Below are positions 13,130 to 23,232 of a stretch of 64,000 nt of DNA, piece after piece. The notes under the pieces were generated by a model, which was not told the origin of the DNA, searched no databases, and worked only from the letters and a program-made list of their open reading frames with translations. The first letter of the stretch is position 1. Each line of letters begins with the position of its first letter. The stretch is from NCBI RefSeq assembly GCF_021869535.1, contig NW_026262668.1:5456001-5520000 (forward strand). The letters run 5' to 3'. The position numbers were made by a program, and so were the translations under genes. Source of the DNA: Mytilus californianus (taxonomy: Eukaryota).

Positions 13130-15478
13130 GAATAAATGTATAAATGTTGTGGATATTCGAATATCACATTTTGAAAATAATTCAGAAATAAATAAAAGAG
13201 TACATAATATGCCTATTTCTAGAATAAGAAATAAACTTCAAGAACTTTCAAAGCGGTTTGTGTTTGTACCGGCCGACAAAGCAGCCAACAATGTGGTGGT
13301 GGTATGCCGTAAATAATACACGGACGTTCTTAAGAATGAAATTTTAAATGCATCTACATTCAAGTCCGTGCACTCTACAGAGAGTCATATAGTAAACAAA
13401 CATATCATAACCACATCACAGCTTAAGGCCTCTTTTGGATATTTGAAGGTCCCTGCTATGTATTAGTTACCTAAACTACAAAAAAAAAACCAGTAAAATA
13501 TCGTTTCATCTCGGTCTCTAGTAAGTGTTCTACAACTAATCTTTCAGTGCTTTTAACTAGTTCTTTAACTACTATCAAAGAACTTATCATTAACTGTTGT
13601 AATAAAATATATGAAAATAGTAGAATTAACTATTTTTGGAGTGTAAAACATTCTTTTGATGTTTTAGATAAATTACGTGCTTTTGATGGTCCTTTTAATT
13701 CTGTTGACAGTTTTGCCTTTTCAACTCTTTACAATACACTTACAGACAATCTTATCAAACAAAAGTTTTCCTATTTAATTAAAGGGTCGTTTGGTAAATC
13801 TGAATGCAAAAATATTTGCTGCAACTCATTTAAAGCCTTCTTCTCTAATGAGAAAGGTAAATATGCTAGATATACTTACTGGAGGTGTGATGAGATGATT
13901 GAAGCTGTGAATTTTCTCCTTGATAGTATTTATGTACGTTTCGGCAACAAAGTTTATCGACATGTTGTAGGTATTCCTATGGGCACTAATTGTACCCCTT
14001 TAATAGCAGACTTGTTCTTATACTGTTATGAATCACAGTTTATGAGCAAACTCAGTAAACACCCGTCTAAATTGCATTTAATTGATAAATTCAACAACAC
14101 TTACCGTTATCTTGGTGATATTTTTTCGTTAGTTAATCATGAATTTTCTAAACATACTGGCGAAATTTACCCAAAGGAACTTATTTTAAATAAATCAAAT
14201 ATAAACGATAATAACTGTCCTTTCCTAGATTTAGATATATCAGTTTTACACGGGAAATTCCACACTACAAAAGAGACGATTTTTCGTTCCCTATTGTTAA
14301 TTTCCCTTTTTTGGATGGTGATGTTCCTTTGGTACCATCTTACGGTGTTTATATATCACAACTCGTTCGCTATGCCCGTGTCTGTTGTGACGTTTCGGAT
14401 TTTAATGAACGTAATCTATGTATTACTGGTAAATTATTAAGTCAGGGATTTTGTCACCACCAATTACTTAAAACCTTTACTAAATTCTTCCATAGATATA
14501 AAGATTTGGTTTTGAAGTTTGGTTGTACCTGTGGAAAACTTATTTCAAACAGGATAGCACATCCTCATTTTTACGGAGATGTTGTTTACCGTGCCCGGAA
14601 TTTTAGAAAAGATCCTGGTAAACTTACCGATCCTTTAAATAAACTTATTCCAAAAGGTTACCAATTCAACACTGTAATTAGATCTTTGAATATTGTGTTT
14701 ATTGGTATTAATATTGATTTTGTTATCAGTAAATTAAAAGCAAAGTGAAACTAAATATTATTGTTATATACATATGCATAGTCATTGCTCTACAATCTGT
14801 CGATACCTGTATCTTGGCATTTCACAAGGTCGTGTTTTTCTCCGACTGTTTATGGCGTCTTTACACTTAATCCATTGGATGTTGGATTTGTACTGATTGA
14901 TAATTTATTCTTAGATGCATGATTTTTTTATTAGTTGTTATTGGCTTTGAACTAGCTGTCAGTAACTGCGAGTACTCTCAGGTCTGTGTCTTTTTGTTGT
15001 TGTGAAGTACAAGTACCCGGTCACGTCTACTCTGTGTTTTTGTTAGATGTATTTCTATCTGTATCCATCTGATGAGTTAAGCCTTTTTCAACTGATTTTT
15101 ATAGTTTGTTCCTAAGTTGTACTGTTACACCACTGTCCCAGGTTATGGGGAGGGATGGGCGCCCGCTAACATGCTTACCCCCGCCACATTCTGTATGTGC
15201 CTGTCCCAAGCCAGGAGCCTGTAATTCAGTGGTTGTCGTATGTTGCTGTGTTACATAATTGTTTTTCGTTCATTATTTTGTACATAAATTAGGCCGTTAG
15301 TTTTCTCGTTTGAATTGTTTTACATTTGTCATTTCGGGGCCTTTTATAGCTGACTTTGCGGTATGGGCTTTGCTCATTGTTGAAGACCGTACGGTGACCT
15401 ATATAGTTGTTAATTTCTGTGTCATTTGGTCTCTTGTGAGGAGTTGTCTCATTGGCAATCATACCACATTTTTTTATA
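13129..15478 (+). mobile_element. 5'-truncated Penelope-like retroelement (Naiad-type RT) with its 3' UTR
   Basis: Reads FVFVPADKAANNVVVVC, then LPKL..PVKYRFIS, FSTLY, GIPMGTNCTPLIADLFLY, RYLGD and PFLDLDI, then a thumb region. The ORF stops at 14748 with no C-terminal GIY-YIG. Premature TAA/TAG and two frameshifts are present. The 3' UTR is shared with dispersed fragments elsewhere in the window. Confidence 0.8.
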
Positions 15479-15651
15479 TTTACACCGATACTTGTCGCTG
15501 ATTTTTTTGTTACCTAAGTACATCTATATAAAAAAATCAGAGAAATGTACCTGTGGTATTTGGCGGTTATTTATTATCTTGACATTTTGCCAATTACATC
15601 GGTAGATAGACTCATACATAAGGTTTGTTCATTACCATGGTGTTAGTAAAA

Positions 15652-16453
15652 CCCTTTAGATATACTTCGTGTCGGGTGTACTGTCCTACCCTTTAGATAG
15701 ACTTCGTGTCGGGTGTACTGTCCTACCCTTTAGACTCCGTGTCGGGTGTACTGTCCTACCCTTTAGATAGACTTCGTGTCAGGTGTACTGTCCTACCCTT
15801 TAGATAGACGTCGTGTCGGGTGTACTGTCCTACCCTTTAGATAGACTTCGTGTCGGGTGTACTGTCCTACCCTTTAGATAGACTTCGTGTCGGGTGTACT
15901 GTCCTACCCTTTAGATAGACTTCGTGTCGGGTGTACTGTCCTACCCTTTAGATAGACTTCGTGTCGGGTGTACTGTCCTACCCTTTAGATAGACTTCGTG
16001 TCGGGTGTACTGTCCTACCCTTTAGGTAGACTTCGTGTCAGGTGTACTGTCCTACCCTTTAGATAGACTTCGTGTCGGGTGTACTGTCCTGCCCTTTAAA
16101 TAGACTTCGTGTCGGGTGTACTGTCCTACCCTTTAGATAGACTTCGTGTCGGGTGTACTGTCCTACCCTTTAGATAGACTTCGTGTCGGGTGTACTGTCC
16201 TATCCTTTAGATAGACTTCGTGTCGGGTGTACTGTCCTACCCTTTAGACTCCGTGTCGGGTGTACTGTCCTACCCTTTAGATAGACTTCGTGTCGGGTGT
16301 ACTGTCCTACCCTTTAGATAGACTTCGTGTCGGGTGTACTGTCCTACCCTTTAGATAGACTTCGTGTCGGGTGTACTGTCCTACCCTTTAGATAGACTTC
16401 GTGTCGGATGTACTGTCCTACCCTTTCGGTAGACTTCGTGTCGGGTGTACTGT
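15652..16453. repeat. 37-bp minisatellite, about 21-22 copies (ctttagatagacttcgtgtcgggtgtactgtcctacc)
   Basis: Near-identical head-to-tail units with no spacers; two 33-bp variant units. Confidence 0.95.
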
Positions 16454-16582
16454 TCTCGGGATTAAGATTTTGAATTTGTTTTCAGTTGATTTGGTACTCT
16501 CCCCTGTTATTATCTGTTGTAAGAGATTGAAGAAATAAAATTGTAACTACTCTACCTAAATTATCAATTTAACAAGCGTGAA

Positions 16583-16777
16583 GGGGCCTTCAGTGATCGA
16601 GTGGTCTACGTAGTGCATCTACTGTATCAGTTAGACTCCAATCTTAATTGACTAGAATTGTCTGTTTCCCTGACAAAGGTCGGTAGTTCCCACCGGCTTC
16701 CTCCTATAAAAACTTACCGCCCCGATATAGCCATTAGTGCTGAAAGTGGCGTTAAATACCAACAATTAATCCATCAA
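16583..16777 (+). mobile_element. tRNA-derived SINE (V-SINE/RUDI-like), internally deleted
   Basis: Starts ggggcctt with an A-box-like TGATCGAGTGG, followed by gactccaatcttaattgactag, ccggcttcctcc and the tail gaaagtggcgttaaatacc. Homologous to 19750-19915. Confidence 0.65.
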
Positions 16778-17629
16778 TTGGACAAGAAATAAAATTTAAT
16801 GAAAATAAAACAAATCACATATCAATTAATTATAAACCTAATACAATGTATAAAAGGTTAAAATGAAATTATCGATGTTAAAGATTAACATATCTCCTAT
16901 CTGCATGCAGTCTGCTTCAGAACTCAATCGTCTGCCCTGAAACGAAAGTGTGCTAATATTAAAGTGTCAGTTATTTGACTCAGAACATTATATTATGACT
17001 ATAACCATGACTTTCTCTCTAAATCACACGCAGATTGACCTACAGATGGCTTTAGGATTTTTTTGTGTCTTTTTTATTGCTGTTTTATTTCTTTTTATTC
17101 ATATTACCAAAATTGACTGCAATATTGCACATGTTATACAGTGATCTGTTTCATTCTATTATATATATAAATGTTACCCGTAGTAAATTCGTCGTAACTT
17201 TTGAATAAAAAAAAAAATCCCAAATATTCAAATGAAAGTCAATCATTTGCTATGGGAAACCTAAAAATATCCATCTGATAAAAAATAAAATTGGATTTGC
17301 AAAAATTCAAAAGTATACTTGAGAAATCAAGCGTTGAAAAGCTGATTAAAGACTGCAAATTACATCATTTATTATGCTTACAGATATAACATCGGAAACC
17401 CAAAAAAATAAGTTTGATAAACAAAAAATAAAAGTTAAATATGTACAATAATGTTAAACATGTTATACAAAGTACATTGCACGTCACATTGAAATCCACT
17501 CCGTTGTTTGCGACGAGTTTTTGGCTACATAACGCCTTCTTCCATTTGGCATGTTTGCAAATATGGGTAAGTACATGTTTGGGACAAAAGGTATATCAGA
17601 CCAAACATTAATCTAGAAGTGCACAATTA

Positions 17630-17770
17630 GAGGCAGATTTAGGGGGCAGCGGGCCTACCCTCCTTATGGAGCTACATAATTATATGGTTAATGCATAGAA
17701 TTTTGTCATTGTCTGCTCCTAAAGTTGCCTATTTGGGGCACCCTTTTTCAAACTCCTGGATCTGCATCAG
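17630..17770. mobile_element. MITE with gcagatttaggg / cctggatctgc termini
   Basis: Inverted termini of the same family as 5309-5456. Confidence 0.45.
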
Positions 17771-17974
17771 ACAATGCTTAACAGCTTTCTGAAAGCTTCA
17801 AGAAAATCCAGTCAGTAATTTAGAGTGAGTTACAAGGTTCATATTGCGGGAGGAGAAACGAACAAATGAGTCAAATGTTGAACTGACGGCGAGACGAACA
17901 GGCACAATGTCACTATACAGGCCTTTTTTTTTGTTTAGAGGGTTATATAATAAGATACAATGTTTGCCTCATTT

Positions 17975-18212
17975 GAGTATTGACTTTTTACAGAACTTTG
18001 AATTGTTCGCAATACCAAGGATTATCAATCCCAGGAATACATTACCTTAGCTGTATTTGGCGAAACCTTTCGGAATTTTGGGTCCCCCATGCTCTCCAAT
18101 TTCGTTCTTTATTTAGCCTTTAAACTTTTTTGATTCGAGCGTCAATGATGAGTCTTTTAGACGTAGCATGCGTCTGCCATACAAATATTTAAGCCTGGTA
18201 TCTTTGATGAGT
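17975..18212 (+). repeat. Decayed retrozyme/Penelope-associated repeat unit carrying a mutated type I hammerhead ribozyme
   Basis: gagcgtca-aTGATGAG-TCT-ttt-AGAC-GtAgC-atgcgtc-tgccat (18136-18180) keeps the hammerhead layout with core mutations. The flanking sequence resembles the mussel about 350-nt retrozyme repeat as I recall it. Confidence 0.6.
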
Positions 18213-18341
18213 TGCTTAGACAAAAAAAAACTGTTCTTCAAATCAGTATCATATGAATATTCAAGACATGGCAATTCACCATAGTTAATGTTTGATTTAA
18301 GATTTGTGACAAGAACTTTTGTCCTGGCCATGATAACTTAC

Positions 18342-18449
18342 TTGTCTTGAGATCATAGGCTCTACTAAAATATTTTGTTGGGATACAGCCATTTCTATCT
18401 CCAGGACTAAGTATCACTCCATTCTCAGACTTGTAAAATTTTATTCCAT
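18342..18449 (-). CDS. TRPT1: TRPT1-like coding exon 6 (DGIKFYKSENGVILSPGDRNGCIPTKYFSRAYDLKT)
   Basis: Acceptor tctttag and donor GTAAGT; 108 bp, phase 1 to 1. Matches the Tpt1 C-terminal F.S.NGVIL.PG...G.I...YF motif. Confidence 0.9.
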
Positions 18450-19001
18450 CTAAAGATTTGAAATAACATAAATTTTGGTAATATTTCAATTATTGTTATT
18501 GTTTTAAAGTACAAGTTGATAAAATGAAATCATTCCAAAACGTTTTATTACTTAACTTAAAACTTCTGAAGACTTAAAAAAAATAAAAACAGTTTTAATA
18601 ACTATTGAGAATTTGTGCTATCCCGCATTCAAAGACTGGCTATCAACTTTTCAATGTCATAATTGTATTAAGAAAGAATGACATCAATATATAGTCAAAG
18701 CATTCCAGACAGCGATTTGCTTGAACATAGCTTCAAAGAACTACACGGAAATGAATTCCACCGGCATACAGGATTTCCTACAACTTGTAAAAGGCACGTT
18801 TTGCATAAGGTCTTGATTTTATGGATTGTCGAAAGCGAGATCGTTTTTTTTTTTTTTTGGCCCGTTCCTTTTTCTTCAAATTTTATTTATCGTTGATGTG
18901 TTTTATATATTCATCTATTTTTAATTTGGAGCAAATATAAGGTTGTACAGAATAATATGTAATTCTCCAAGATAGTGTGAAACCAAATAAATTAAGCATA
19001 C

Positions 19002-19058
19002 CTCTCAGAGCTTTCCCGATGTCTATTTCAATGGCCATATCACACTTAACAGGCATAC
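19002..19058 (-). CDS. TRPT1: TRPT1-like coding exon 5 (GMPVKCDMAIEIDIGKALR)
   Basis: Acceptor ttttag and donor GTATGC; 57 bp, phase 1 to 1. Aligns to GMR..CEIAVFID...AL. Confidence 0.85.
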
Positions 19059-19247
19059 CTAAAATGGGCAAGCATTTTTCAAAAATAATTTAGATTAAGT
19101 AAAACGTATTCTCTAGAAATCATGAAAATTTTCTCTTAAATTCCTTGACTAGGACGGTGTACAAGAAAATGAAGATGGAAAGGTATATGAAAAATGAAAA
19201 TGGGATGGAGACATCAATATAAATTCAAGGCCCTTGAAAACAATATG

Positions 19248-19272
19248 GAGAGAGAGAGAGAGAGAGAGAGAG
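19248..19272. repeat. (AG)n microsatellite
   Basis: Read directly. Confidence 0.9.
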
Positions 19273-19584
19273 CGTGCCTTCAATAATAAAAATGACAAAC
19301 CCGTATTAGATTTATTTCCCAAGATGAACATTAAATGTGCTCGCGAATTGATAATCCCGTTCCATTACGACCGGAAATTATTCTGTTTCTAAGTTCTTTT
19401 ACATCTACATTTGATATACATTCACATTTGTGTGATTTTTTTTTATACCAAGGCAGATACAAAACAAAATATACAATTTGACTTTCCATCGTCTCTGACA
19501 GCTTGGTGAGGCAATTGATGCCGAATGAAAACACATTATAAGATCATTTCTAACGCGTTTCTACTTGAGTGCATTTAAAGTAAA

Positions 19585-19749
19585 AGAAAAGGCGGAAGAT
19601 ATCAAGAGGACGAAAAGACAAGTCCGCGAACCTCTACATAAAAAACTAAAGACTGAACAACAAGAATTCCACCAAAAACTGGGGTTGATCTGAGGTACTC
19701 CGGAAGGGTAAGCAGATCCTGATCAACAAGTGACACCCGTCAAGTCCAC
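19585..19749 (-). repeat. Third copy of the gaagggtaagcagatcctg dispersed repeat
   Basis: Homologous to 2172-2378 and 2575-2790. Confidence 0.55.
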
Positions 19750-19915
19750 GGAGAGAACCATGCACCGACCTTCGGAAGGAAAACTGACAATCCTAGTCAA
19801 TAAAGATTGGAGTCGAACGCACCTGCCACGTGCAGGACTCGTACTCACAACCTCAGTTGACAGGCTAGTGATACAGTAGTATGACTTCTTATACCAATTA
19901 ACCACCAAGGCCTCC
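19750..19915 (-). mobile_element. 5' half of the tRNA-derived SINE
   Basis: The reverse complement begins ggaggccttggtggttaattgg (A box), has a B-box-like gtacgagtcc, then gactccaatctttattgactagg as in 16583-16777. Confidence 0.65.
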
Positions 19916-20130
19916 TTAAGGGAATAGAGATCACGTACTTACCATAACGTATTCGATGTTCCTACATGATTGCAAATCGGAGTTAAAAGCTTGCACGCAT
20001 CCGATATTAAAAAAACATATTGAAGTAATTCATGTCTTCGCATGGCTTTACTTAAAAGTCACGCATCTTTCTTCCTTTTAAAGAAACAATTATTCTTGTG
20101 AACATTTCTCTCTCGTTTTAAAATACATAC

Positions 20131-20194
20131 CACTCATAGCACCATGTTCAGCGGGAGCGAAATGAATATGATCTCTGTTCATGCGACTTATACC
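20131..20194 (-). CDS. TRPT1: TRPT1-like coding exon 4 (GISRMNRDHIHFAPAEHGAMS)
   Basis: Acceptor attttacag and donor GTATGT; 64 bp, phase 0 to 1. Contains the catalytic R-x-H-I-H motif. Confidence 0.92.
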
Positions 20195-22011
20195 CTGTAA
20201 AATAATATGTATATAGAGAAAGTCTAACGATTATGAATAACAAAATTATCCAAAAGTGTAGGCGACATAATATGTGGACTAATTTGTTGCCAATCTAATT
20301 GAATTACAGACCCTGTGTCCACACTTCGATTCTAGGAGAAGCGTGTAAACAGAATCTGTATTTCAATATAAAGATTGATTATGTGTCTATCAACCGCCCA
20401 ACACATACGCACTAAAAAAGGGGTAAAGAAAGGAGAGAAAAAAAAAACGAGAAACTAAGAAATAAATACGACTTTTAAAGTGCCAGTCTTTGAAAGAATC
20501 AGGCAATTTTGAAGAACATCAAAACATGGCCGAAAAAAACCCACCGACCTAACCATCCTATTTTGAAGTTACCCTCATCCTGAGTTAGAAATGGTAGGTC
20601 TTTCTTTTCTGCGTGTCTGGTAATTCGAGAAATATCTAGTATGTTCCACCGACTATACCCCATAGAAATCTAATGGACTACATATGGGACTACTGCAACA
20701 ACCATTAATTATTTTGCGGTAAAAATCTAAGTACGTGGTAAATAAATTAAACGGAAACCTTAAAAAAAACAAAAACAAATAAAACAATCCTCCTTCCAAA
20801 AAAACAACCCTCGAACACAAACCAAAACCATTAAGATATATACGACTCCAGACAACCAATGACGAGGTCCCGCACTTGGTACAGTCACATGACCATCCTT
20901 AACTAGATATTTGAGTAAATCAGTGGAATAAAAACATACATACAATGTATGTACAATAGAAATCAGTACTATATAGATGATACGCGGGTATAGCACATGT
21001 GCAAAAATAAGGCTTGCACTTAATATCAGCAGTTGTACTTCGTAGTAGATTTATAGTTACCTGAACAGTATGAAAAGTCACGATATTGTAAAATGAAAAG
21101 TAAGTTTGTGTGAAGAGGTTCCCTAGTACCCTGTTATACGTAGTACATCTATAGTAGTAAATGAGCACACATGCATCTAACAATTACAAGTTTACCTTCA
21201 GCTGCGTGCTACTATATGTTTTTCTTTTATTTGTCTTTTATTGTGTTTACTATCCTTCCAACATTTTGGACCGTGCACCCTTCTCGTTGTTCAGAGTGCA
21301 TAGTGCATGGATGTACCCAAATAAACTAATATTCATGCTTGTCTACTTGATTGTAAGTTGTAGTATATATTATAAAACTGATATCTGGCACACGTAAGTA
21401 CACTTTACTTTATAAGTGTCATTTCCTGAAATTATTTATAAATGACAACAAATCAACAAGCAGGCGAAAGAATGAGGAGAGATGAGATCGTTATTCAATA
21501 AAATAACACAAAAGAAGAGTGCATCATGGGATGGCTTGCTGTCTCACACTCCCTCGGACAGTCCAGTACATCTTCTAGTGAGTGAATTTACATACTATTG
21601 TATTACAGCAACATTAATTCTCTATCTCAGTAAATGTATATAAAGGTCACTTCAAGTTAATTCAAGCTCATAGTCATCACATAGTATAACGCGACATTTT
21701 GCTACAATCGATGGTTTCAACTGGAATTCAATCTACTCGATAATGTGGTGTGAGCTTTTGCTCCCTGATGAAGGCGTCACCGAGACTTTGAGATTAAGAA
21801 TTGCAATAAAAGCGCAGTTCTTTGACTAGGATTTTGCCAAGTGCACGAAGGGTGTTTGTGTTATAAATTACTACATCACATCGGTACCTTCTTTTCCGTA
21901 ACTGATAGACGTAGCACTTCACATGCCTCTATTAAATGTCAGAACAAATGGCGTAGATTTCTGCAAAGCAATGGTATCATAGTTGATCAATCTTAACTCC
22001 CAAATACTCAC

Positions 22012-22110
22012 AGTTTGCCGAATACTGTCAAAATTTCGTCGCCTGGTTCCATGAAGAACGACCCTTGCTTGACTAGAATGAGTAATTGGCTCTAACTCTG
22101 GATCAGAAAG
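22012..22110 (-). CDS. TRPT1: TRPT1-like coding exon 3 (LSDPELEPITHSSQARVVLHGTRRRNFDSIRQT)
   Basis: Acceptor tttttctcgcag and donor GTGAGT; 99 bp, phase 0 to 0. Contains the HGT motif. Confidence 0.92.
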
Positions 22111-22867
22111 CTGCGAGAAAAAAATTGAAATTTTGGCAATTTTTAGTATTTACAAAAAAAAATCGGGGACGGTTCCACGGAACAATGTGTCACCGCTCGC
22201 CTGCGATTACTGCCGTCAGTGTAAAAGCGTAATGTTGACTGCCAAAAACTAAGTCCTTTTATCAGGCCATTTATAAAATAGGGAAGAATAAAAGAAAAAT
22301 TTGAACTTTTTCATCAGTTACTAGTTCTTGATCATGTCATGAAGAAGCTTCTGTCCATGTTTCAGGACATTCCATGAACATAGTTATTGATGACAAAAAT
22401 GAACCCCATGCATGCAGACACTGTAAATGTTAACTGCAAGAAAACTAATTCCATCTGTCAGCAAAATACGAAAAACAAAGTTGTTTTCAAAATTTTGCCT
22501 GAAATAATTTAATAGCTTCACGACACGTTTCATAAAACTATTTGATGGTTTGATAAACTCATTGATATCTAAACTAGAGGCTCTAAAGAGTCTGTGTCGC
22601 TCACCTACATATTCAACACTGACCACTTTTTAGTAATCAAAGAGCTGAAAGTTCTGAGGAAAAATGACGCCATTGTCTCTAATATTGGGATATTTTTGAT
22701 GCAAGTCTTGATTTTCACATAATTTACCTACTGAATCCCCTTAAGAGACTTTTCAGTTCATGGTAGGTATGCTGACTGACAATAGAATAGAAATGAATTG
22801 TTTTCAATGTCTATGACTTTTTTATTTGTTTGTCAAGATATATGTATATATGTGTGAAGTGAATATA

Positions 22868-23232
22868 AAGAAGAAGATGTGGTCTGATTGCCAATGAGAC
22901 AACTCTCCACAAGAGACCAAATGACACAGAAATTAACAACTAAAGGTCACCGTAAGGCCTTCAACAATGAGCAAAGCCCATACCGCATAGTCAGCTATAA
23001 AAGGCCCCGAAATGACAAATGTAAAACAATTCAAATGAGAAAACTAACGGCCTAATTTACGTACAAAAAAATGAACGAAAAACAAATATGTAACACATCA
23101 ACAAACGACAACCACTGAATTACAGGCTCCTGACTTGGGACAGACATGCACATACATGCAGAATGTGGTGGGGTTAAACATGTTAGCGGGATCCCAACCC
23201 TTCCCTTACCTGGGACAGTGGTGTAACATGAC
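22868..23232 (-). mobile_element. 3' UTR fragment of the Penelope-like element
   Basis: Reverse complement of about 15120-15475 at high identity. Confidence 0.85.

Noticed and set aside
14845-14900. Possible SECIS element after the Penelope-like ORF (Naiad selenoprotein hypothesis)
   Set aside because: The core reads ATGG rather than ATGA, helix II pairs poorly, and the premature stops in this copy are TAA/TAG rather than in-frame TGA.
15069-15100. CTGATGAG in the Penelope-like 3' UTR as a hammerhead core
   Set aside because: No GAAA follows the putative stem II (it reads GATT), and there is no stem III or cleavage triplet.
15652-16453. CRISPR-like appearance of the 37-bp repeats
   Set aside because: The units are contiguous with no unique spacers, there are no cas genes, and the context is eukaryotic. 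It is a minisatellite.
17480-17911. Open minus-strand frames DIVPVRLAVSSTF... (about 17834-17912) and INVWSDIPFVPN... (17612-17484) as extra TRPT1 coding exons
   Set aside because: Their phases do not match the phase-1 donor of exon 6, and the first has a purine-rich acceptor. The 17612 acceptor would instead give N-stop, with AATAAA at 17373-17368. The terminal exon is left unresolved.
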